Assembly: GCA_048213135.1 (NCBI GenBank)
Contig: PS015064.1
Location: forward strand, 1-64,000
Source of the DNA: Reclinomonas americana ATCC 50394
Lineage: Eukaryota
Length of the DNA stretch: 64,000 bases
Reading direction: 5' to 3'
Positions 55,220 through 64,000 of the stretch are shown here, one piece after another; position 1 is the first letter of the stretch, and every line of letters begins with the position of its first letter. Position numbers and translations under genes: made by a program. The notes under the pieces were generated by a model. The model had not been told where the DNA came from, did not search any database, and was given only the letters and a program-made list of their open reading frames with translations.

Positions 55220-56894
55220 ATGGCAACAAAGGTGTGAATGTATGCGCACTTTTGCGTGGTTGGTGTCTGTGCGTGCATTTGTGTGCTCGTGCATGTGTGC
55301 GGTTGCTGTTTGTGTGCTTGTGCATGTGTGTCTCACCGAGTGATCGACGCAGATCATTCAGAGTCTCGCTTCTTCGGTGCGATCCGTCACTGTCACTACC
55401 GATTGCCAGCACAGTGTCGGTGGATGTGAGGACCGCACCATCCGAGTNNNNNNNNNNNNNNNNNNNNNNNNNNNNNNNNNNNNNNNNNNNNNNNNNNNNN
55501 NNNNNNNNNNNNNNNNNNNNNNNNNNNNNNNNNNNNNNNNNNNNNNNNNNNNNNNNNNNNNNNNNNNNNNNNNNNNNNNNNNNNNNNNNNNNNNNNNNNN
55601 NNNNNNNNNNNNNNNNNNNNNNNNNNNNNNNNNNNNNNNNNNNNNNNNNNNNNNNNNNNNNNNNNNNNNNNNNNNNNNNNNNNNNNNNNNNNNNNNNNNN
55701 NNNNNNNNNNNNNNNNNNNNNNNNNNNNNNNNNNNNNNNNNNNNNNNNNNNNNNNNNNNNNNNNNNNNNNNNNNNNNNNNNNNNNNNNNNNNNNNNNNNN
55801 NNNNNNNNGTGGTCTCTGGCGAGTGGCAAAGAGGTGCGACGGCTGGTGGGACACACTGATGCGGTGTGGTCTGTCGCTGTCACCCCTGATAATCAGCACA
55901 TCGTGAGTGGAGGTGGAGACAACACCCTACGTGTGTGGTTGCTGGAGAGTGGAGAAGAGGTGCGACGGTTGGCGGGCCACACCGACATGGTGATGTCTGT
56001 CACCTTCACCCCTGATGGTCAGCACGTCGCGAGTGGTAGCTGCGATAACACAATTCGGGTGTGGTCACTTGCAAGTGGGCAAGAGACGCGACGATTGAAG
56101 GTGCACACTAATTGGGTACTCTCTGTAGCCGTCACCCCCGACGGTCGGCACGTAGTGAGCGGGGGTGGGGACAACACCGTGCGGGTGTGGTTGCTGGCGA
56201 GNNNNNNNNNNNNNNNNNNNNNNNNNNNNNNNNNNNNNNNNNNNNNNNNNNNNNNNNNNNNNNNNNNNNNNNNNNNNNNNNNNNNNNNNNNNNNNNNNNN
56301 NNNNNNNNNNNNNNNNNNNNNNNNNNNNNNNNNNNNNNNNNNNNNNNNNNNNNNNNNNNCGGGGAAGAGGTGCGACGATTGGAGGGACACACTGACTGGG
56401 TGATGTCAGTCGCTGTTACTCCAGATGGTCAACACGTCGTGAGTGGCAGTAGGGACAACACAGTGCGGGTGTGGTCACTGGCAGGTGGAGAGCTAATGCG
56501 ACAGTTGGAGGGACACGCCAGTACGGTGACGTCTGTCGCCGTCACCTCTGATGGTCAGCACATCGTGAGCGGGAGCGGAGACAGCACAATTCGGATGTGG
56601 TCTCTGACAAGTGGCGAGGAAGTGCGACGGATAGAGGGGCACACTGGATGGGTGTCGTGTGTGGCCGTCTCTCCCAATGGTCAGCACATTGTGAGTGCGG
56701 GTGGCATTGACGGGACGATACGAGTGTGGTCCACACCGCGTGGCCTTGCTCGCCTCGAACTCGACGCTGCGCGCTCGGCCATGCATGCTGTGCAGGAGAT
56801 GCAGGAGGAAGAAGTAGATTCACGATGCCTTCCCGAGCTGGTTCTGCGCTGCTTCATCGTCGAGGATGCCGAGGTCATCCTTTTCCGGTGCTGA
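55220..56894 (+). CDS. Stand-alone WD40 protein, copy 3 (at least 7 blades, two gaps)
   Basis: Micro-exon 55220-55231 (MATK), exon 2 from 55353, interrupted by N runs; same tail ending at 56894. Confidence 0.75.
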
Positions 56895-58917
56895 GTTGGT
56901 GAGTCGAAGGGAAGGTGGCTGCTGGTGACTGGGAGTTGTTTTTCGTGTCTTCTGAGGGAGAGTGGGTGATTGTGCGGGATGCAGATTGAAGAAGAGAGGA
57001 CGACAGACGAGAGGAGAGAAGTCGACGTGGATGATGCAGAATTGTTCTCTGTGCTTGTTGCCCTATCATGTGAGTGAGAGAGAGGTAGTGAAGCACGTCT
57101 CCCTCTGTGTGCGTGCCTCTTTCTCACCTCCGTTTGTGTATGCGAGCGAGATGAATCAATTGGAGTCTGTGATTTCTTTTCCCCTCGTTGTGATGTCTGT
57201 TGTGCGTGCATCTTTCGTCGCTGATATGCGTGCCTCATGAGAGCGAGTCACCGTTGTCTGTTTCCCTCGCGTCTTGTTTTTCGCACCTCCTTGGCACCGC
57301 CATACTCTGCTTCCCATTGTGCCTGTGAGCCGCGGACATTCTCCGTCCGTCTCTGCAGGATGCCTGTCTTTCAGCTCTCTTTTTCCTGCCTCCTGCAGAG
57401 TCTATCTCTTTCTCCGCCATCTCCCTGCCTTTGTGCGCTTATCTGCTTCCCCAGTAATCCGCCCCTCCTTGCCGCACTCGCTCAAGGCCGAGCATTCTGG
57501 TCTGCTCAAGATGCACCGACTGCCGTCCTGCCAGTCTATCATGGTGAGCTTCCCGATGCCGAAGTGTGTGAGATTGCCTGACTGCATACTGATTCTTCTC
57601 TCCCTCTCCTTTGCAGGATGGATGTGTGTGTACAGAAGCAACCTTTGGCTTGCCTCTTGACCAACCACTTGTTGGCATCAGGTGCTGATCGATGTGTTCG
57701 TCACGTGAAACCGAGCAGATGTCTCTCCTCTCCTCCATTCCTTTGCTCACTGCGCACCGACATGCAGAGGCCATGGAAGCACGTGTTCCTCGTCGTTGTT
57801 GTTCCGTAATGATTGCAGGCGTGCTGTACATCGCCCGCTGCCGGCTGTCACCTCACTCACTCGGCTCCCCATTCGCATCCCATCATGCACGAAGCAGGTG
57901 TGTGGCCTTGTTCGTCTTGATCGCTCTTTCTTCCTTCCCTCCCACTCACCTCATTCATGCAGGCCATGCATGTCATGGAGAGCGTGGCGTGGGTGGGTGT
58001 ACACATGCGTGTCGTGGTGTGCCATGGTGGCGTGGTCGGTGTATCGTTTTTGTATCCCGGCTGGCATGTCGGAGCGGATCGACGATGTGCACGCCTTGAT
58101 TGTCGCTCTCTGTGTCGAGCGACAAAGGTGGTGGCCATGGGAGACTGCAGACACGTGCGAGTCCAGCAACACATGGTGCGTGCATTTTCTGCATCTGAGT
58201 TGAGGAGCAAGTTGGTGAGACTCGCAGAAATTCTGTGTGTGATCTGAACACAGGCGTGCTGGCAAGTGACTGGCATACGAAGACACGTGGCTCCGTGCAT
58301 CACAGTACATGAGTGAGATGGTTCACCGACCGACTGTGAGTGCGATTGTATGCACGAGACAATGATTGTGACTGGGTGAGAGGGAGGCGAGTCTCACGAC
58401 AGCGCTGCCTCGTCCATCGCTGTGCTGCTGTGCTGGTCGCTGCTCTCCTGTCTCTTGTGGCTCTTTTCTTCATTGTCTCACGTCAACCTCGCTGTGGGCC
58501 GATCCAAGGAGGTGTGAGGTTTCGAAGACTCGGTGCTCCATGGATTGGCATCAGCACACCAGGGGCACAGCTGCACATGCATGCAGCACGGCATGCCAGT
58601 CCTCGTTGACAGAGAATGCAGGTCAGTAGAAAGAGAGTGTTGCTGGACAGCAGCGCGATGCAGTGGAGCGCCACCTTGTGTCGCCAGCATGTCCGTTCTG
58701 CCGATTTCTCATCGACGAGTCCCATGTCGGTCTTCGAAAGCCCACAAGCATCGACAAAGCCACATTGCTCTCATACTGCTGTATGTTATGTGGCGTACTG
58801 GCTGTAGCCTCGCGAGGGATGGACGACGTCTCAGAGCAAGGCGGGAGAAGAAAGGCGGGAAACGGTGACAATCCCGAGCGAGCAAATCACACACACACAC
58901 ACACACGCTCACGGAGA

Positions 58918-60107
58918 ATGGCAACAAAGGTGTGAATGTATGCGCACTTTTGCGTGGTTGGTGTCTGTGCGTGCATCCGTGTTCCATGTGTGCGGTTGGC
59001 TTGTGCGTGCGTGTCTTCAAATGTTGCTGCTGTGCATGTGCGTCTCACCGCGAATGATCGGCACAGATCATTCAGAGTCTCGCTTCTGCGGCGCGGTCCA
59101 TTACCGTCACTCCCGATTGCCAGCACATTGTCGGTGGGTGCTTGGACAGCTCCGTTCGTGTGTGGTCTTTGGCAAGTGGAGAAGAAGTGCGACGACTGGA
59201 TGGACACACTGGTTCGGTGTGGTCTGTCGCCGTCACCCCCAATGGCCAGCAGATAGTGAGTGGAAGTGGAGACTGTACCGTGCGTGTGTGGTCGCTGGAG
59301 AGTGGCGAGGAGGTGCGACGGTTGACGGGTCACTCCCGGGAGGTGTGGTCAGTCGCCGTCACCCCCAATGGACAGCATATCGTCAGCGGCGGCTTCGACA
59401 AGACAGTGCGAGTGTGGTCGCTGGAGAGTGGCAAGGAGGTGCGACGGCTGCAGGGACACACTGCAAGGGTGCTCTCTGTAGCCGTCACCCCCGATAGTCA
59501 GCATATAGTGAGTGGGAGCGGGGACTGCACTGTGCTGGTGTGGTTGCTGGCGAGCGGGGAGGAGGTGCTGCGGTTGGAAGGACACACTGGCATGGTGTGG
59601 TCTGTCGCCGTCACTCCCGATGGTCAGTACATTGTGAGTGGCGGTGCGGACCGCACCCTGCGAGTATGGTCGTTGACGAGTGGAAGTGAAGTGCGACGGT
59701 TAGTGGGACACACTCGCCCTGTGTGGTCTGTCGCCGTCACTCCCGACGGCCAACATATCGTGAGCGGGAGTGGGGACTGTACCGTGCGGATCTGGTCTCT
59801 GGAGAGTGGCGAGGAGGTGCGGCGGTTGGAGGGACACACTGGTACGGTGTGGTCTGTCGCCGTCACTCCCGATAGTCAGCACATTGTGAGTGCGGGTGGC
59901 AAAGACAAGACTATACGAGTGTGGCCCACGCCGCGTGGTCTTGCTCGCCTTGAACTCGACGCCGCGCGCTCGGCCATGCGAGCTGTGCAGGAGATGCAGG
60001 AGGAGAGGAGTGCCACCGAGGATGAAGTAGATTCGCGATGCCTTCCCGAGCTGGTTCTGCGCTGCTTCATCGCCGAGGATGCCAAGGTCGTCCTTTTCCG
60101 GTGCTGA
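58918..60107 (+). CDS. Stand-alone WD40 propeller protein, copy 4 (7 blades)
   Basis: Micro-exon 58918-58929 (MATK), exon 2 59067-60107 uninterrupted. Confidence 0.85.
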
Positions 60108-62367
60108 GTTGGTGAGTCGAAGGGAGGGAGAGCGGTGGCTACTTGTGATCGTGAGTTGTTTTCTTCGTGTCTTGCGCGGGGGTGCGGGTGATCATGTGGG
60201 TGCGGGTGGGGGAAGAGAGGACGACTGACGAGAGGAGAGAAGTCGACGTGGATGATGCAGAATTGTTCTCCCGTGCTTGTTGCCCTGTCATGTGCACGTG
60301 AATGTGATTGTGCGGGCGTGAGGCATGTCTCTCTCTGCATACGTGTCTTTTTCTCACCTCCATTTGTGTATGCGAGCGAGATGAATCACCTGGGAGTCTC
60401 TTGCGTTTTTTGTCTTGTTGTGATGTCTGTTGTGTGTGCATCTTCAGCTGTGCATGTATGTGCCTCAGGAGAGCGAGTCACCGTTGTCTGTTTCCTCGCG
60501 TCTTGTTTTCGCACCACTTTGGCATCACTGCTCTGCTTCCCATCGTACCTGTGCGCCGCGGACATTCTCCCTACGTTCTGAAGAATGCCTGTCTTGCAGC
60601 TCTCTCTCTCTGTCCCTTGCAGAGTCTCTCTCTCTCTCTTTCTCCGCCATCTCCCTGCCTTTGTGCGCTCATCTGATTCCCCAGTCATCCACCCCTCCTT
60701 GCCGCACACGCTCGAGGCCGAACATGCTGGTCCGCTCACCGTGTTACGATTGCCATCCTGCCAGTCCATCATAGTGAGCTTCCCGATGCCGAAGTGTGTG
60801 AGGTGGCATACCTGCATACTGACTCTGCTCCTTCTCTCTCTCTCCTTTGCAGGATGGTTGTGTGAGCGTCCCTTGGCTTGCCTCTTGACAAACCGCGTGC
60901 TGGTATCAGGTGCTTATCGGTGTGTTTGTCAGTGAGACAGAGCAGATATCTCTCCCCGTCCTCCATTCTTTGCTCACAGCACACCGGCATGCAGAGACCA
61001 TGGAAAGCATGTCGTGGCGAGGACAGGCGTGCTGTGCATCGCCCGTTGTCGATCGTCACCTCGCTCACTCGGCTCCCCACTCGCATCCCACGATGCACTC
61101 AGCAGTTGTGTGGCCCTGTTCTTCGTGATCTCTCTTTTCCTCCTTCCCTCCCACTCACCTCATTCGTGCAGGTCGTGCATACCATGGAGAGCGTGGCGTG
61201 GTGGGTGTACACATGCGTACCGTGATGTGCGATGGATGGCCTGGTCGGTTGATCGTTTAAATCCCGGCTGGCAAGTCGGAGCGAATCGATGATGTGCGCG
61301 CATTGGTTGCTGCTCACACTGCCGAGTGATGATGCTGGTGGTCATGGAAGACTGCAGACGCGTGCTCGGCAATCTACTCATGGTGCGTGCACATGTGTGC
61401 CGTGCTGTGCGATGCTGGCCTGGTTGGTGGATCGCAATCCCGGCTGGCAAGTCGGAGCGGATCGATGATGTGAGCACCTTGGTTGCTGCTGTCGCCGCCA
61501 AGTAATGATGGTGATGGCCATGGGAGACTGCACACGCGCGCGTGGCCTGGTGCGTACGTGTTCTGTATCTGCGTTGAGGAGTAAGTTGGTGAGACTTGGA
61601 GATGACTAACTCAATTCTGTGTGACAGGCGTGCTGGCAAGTGACTCGTCACTGGCATGCGAAGACACGTGGTTCCGTGCCACACAGTGCATGCATGAGAC
61701 GATTCACCGACCGACTGTGAGTGTGATTGAAGGGACGAGGCATTGATTGTGATTTGGGTGAAGGGGAGGCGAGCCTCACGACGCAGCTGCCTCGTCCATC
61801 GCTGTGCACGTGCTACTGTACTGGTCGCTCCTCTCCTGTTCCCTGTGACTCTCCTTCTTCGTCGTACCATCATGACGTGCACCTCGTCAGCTTCGCTGTG
61901 GGCCGAGCCAAGGAGGTGTGAGGTGTCGCTGACTCGCTGCTCAATTGATTCTCGGGTGTGCCGTGGCATCAGCACAACTGCGCCACAACTGCGTATCCAA
62001 GCAGCACGACATGCCAGTCCTCGTTGAGAGATAATGCANNNNNNNNNNNNNNNNNNNNGGGCAGTCGAAAGAGAGTGTCGCTGGACAGCAGCGCGATGCA
62101 GTGGAGCGCCACCTCGAGCCACCACCCTGCTTGTCCATTCTGCCGATTTCCCATCGACGAGTCCCATGTCAGTCATCGAAAGCCCGCACGCATCAACGAA
62201 GCCACATTGCTCTCACACTACCGTCTGTTGTGCGAGGTGCTGGCTGCAGCCTGGCGAGGGATGGACGACGTCTCGGAGCAAGGCGGGAGAAGAAAGGCGG
62301 GAAACAGTGACAATCCGGATATCCCGCAGCGAGCAAATCGCACACACACACGCATGCACGGCGGAGA

Positions 62368-63557
62368 ATGGCAACAAAGGTTGAATCTGCGCATTCGCGG
62401 GGTTGGTGTCTGTGCGTGCATTCGTGTGCTCGTGCATGTGTGCGGTCGTTGTTTGTGTGTTTGTGCATGTGCGTCTCACCGCGAGTGATTGATGCAGATC
62501 ATTCAGAGTCTCGATATGGTGCGATTCGTCGCCATCGCTCCCGATGGCAAGCACATTGTTGGTGGGTGTGTGGACGGAATTATTCGAGTGTGGTCTGTGG
62601 CGAGTGGCAAGGAGGTGCGACGGCTGACGGGACACTCTGATGTGGTGTTTTCTGTCGCCATCACCCCTGANNNNNNNNNNNNNNNNNNNNTGGCAAGTAT
62701 ATTGTCAGTAGCAGCTGCGACAACACTGTACGTGTGTGGTCTCTTGCGAGTGGAGAGGAAGCGCGACGGCTGGAGGGACACACCAGCACGGTGTACTCTG
62801 TCGCCGTCACCCCTGATGGTCAGCTTATTGTCAGCGGCGGCTTCGACAAGACAGTGCGTGTGTGGTCGTTGATGAGTGGGAAGGAGGTGCGACGGCTGCA
62901 GGGACACACTGCAAGGGTGTTGTCTGTCGCTGTCACCCCTGATGGTAAGCACGTTGTGAGCGGCGGTGGAGANNNNNNNNNNNNNNNNNNNNCAACACAG
63001 TGCGAGTGTGGTCTCTGGCGAGTGGGGAGGACGTACGACGGTTGGAAGGACACACTAACTGGGTGATGTCTGTCGCCGTCACTCCCGATGGTCATTACAT
63101 TGTGGGTGGGAGTGGGGACAACACCGTGCGAGTATGGATGCTGGCGAGTGGAGACCAAGTGCGACGATTGGAGGGACACACTGGTGCGGTGTGGTCTGTC
63201 GCCGTCACTTCTGATGGTCAGCACATCATCAGTGGGAGTGGGGACCGCACCATTCGGGTGTGGTCTCTGGCGAGTGGCGATGAAGTGCGACGGTTAGAGG
63301 GACACACGGACCTGGTGATGTCTGTCGCCGTCTCTCCCGATGGCCAGCACATTGTGAGTACGGGTGGCCAAGATAAGACCGTGAGAGTGTGGTCGACGCC
63401 GCGTGGCCTTGCTCGCCTCGAACTCCACGCTGCGCGCTCGGCCCTGCAGGCTGTGCAGGAGATGCAGGAGGAAGAAGTAGATTCACGATGCCTTCCCGAG
63501 CTGGTTCTGCGCTGTTTCATCGTCGAGGATGCCGAGGTCGTCCTTTTCTGGTGCTGA
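62368..63557 (+). CDS. Stand-alone WD40 protein, copy 5 (7 visible blades, two short gaps)
   Basis: Micro-exon 62368-62379 (MATK), exon 2 from 62498. The frame changes coincide with 20-nt N placeholders. Confidence 0.75.
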
Positions 63558-64000
63558 GAAGGTGAGTTTGAGAGAGGGAAGGTGGCTGCTGGTGATCGTG
63601 CGTTGTTTTTCGTGTCTTATGAGGGAGAGTGGGTGGGGAAGAGAGGACGACAGAGGAAGAGAGAGAGGTTGTTAAGGAAGAGTTGTTCTCTGTGTTTGTT
63701 GCCCTTTCATGTGAATGTGATTGTGCGGGGGTGAAGCATGTCTCCCTCTGTGTGCGTGTCTCTTTCTCACCTCCATTTGTGTGCAAGTGCGATGAATCAA
63801 TTGGAGTCTGTGATTTCTTTTCCCCTCGTTGTGATGTCTGTTGTGCGTGCATCTTTTGTCGCTGATATACGTGCCTCAGGAGAGCGAGTCACCGTTGTCT
63901 GTTTCCTTCGCGTCTTGCTTTGCGCACCTCCTTGGTGCCACTTTTCTTCCTCTCATTGTGCATGTGCGCCGCGGACAGTCTCTTTCCGGCTCTGCAGGAT

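Larger units (their letters stand above)
49100..64000 (+). repeat. Tandem segmental duplication, unit ~2.9-3.7 kb (WD40 gene plus ~2 kb spacer), at least 5 units, runs off the window
   Basis: ATGs at 49187, 52356, 55220, 58918 and 62368. Spacer blocks such as TTCCCGATGCCGAAGTGTGTGAG and GGCAAGTCGGAGCG recur across units with minor variation. Confidence 0.95.

Noticed and set aside
58483-58725. Minus-strand ORF MGLVD... upstream of several WD40 copies
   Set aside because: The reading frame is not conserved between units and there is no recognisable homology.
49341-63557. WD40 units as silent donor cassettes for gene conversion into the adjacent NLR
   Set aside because: Each unit has its own ATG micro-exon, intron and stop. 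Their codons differ systematically from the NLR repeats (TCT GTC GCC GTC AC(T/C) versus GCA GTG GCA GTG ACA), which argues against ongoing exchange with this NLR.

Overview
Draft (gap-rich) eukaryotic genomic sequence, probably a protist, with mostly 55-140 nt spliceosomal introns and some kb-scale introns filled with GA/CT microsatellites. The six-frame ORF track is therefore fragmentary, and the gene models here were spliced by hand. From left to right: the 5' end of a minus-strand gene, head-to-head with an ankyrin-repeat gene; a ~30 kb gene for a giant type-I membrane protein (signal peptide, Cys-rich tip, ~60 bacterial-style cadherin-like repeats mostly one per symmetric phase-1 exon, two Ser/Thr-rich beta domains, TM helix, Pro-rich tail); a relic P-loop NTPase fragment; an NLR-like gene with architecture ubiquitin-like - HEPN(RxxxxH) - NACHT - pentapeptide - 14 WD40; a possibly decaying gene ending in three H-type-lectin-like domains; and a tandem array of at least five stand-alone WD40 genes. 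The blades of these WD40 genes resemble those of the NLR, are hypervariable at the same surface positions and appear shuffled between copies. The best candidate for an undescribed system is this HEPN-NLR plus variable WD40 array (a putative protist non-self recognition/immune locus). Also notable are the exon-modular giant cadherin and a frequent atypical 5' splice-site class (non-G|GTT(G/T)CG). All domain calls are by motif recognition only; no searches were run.
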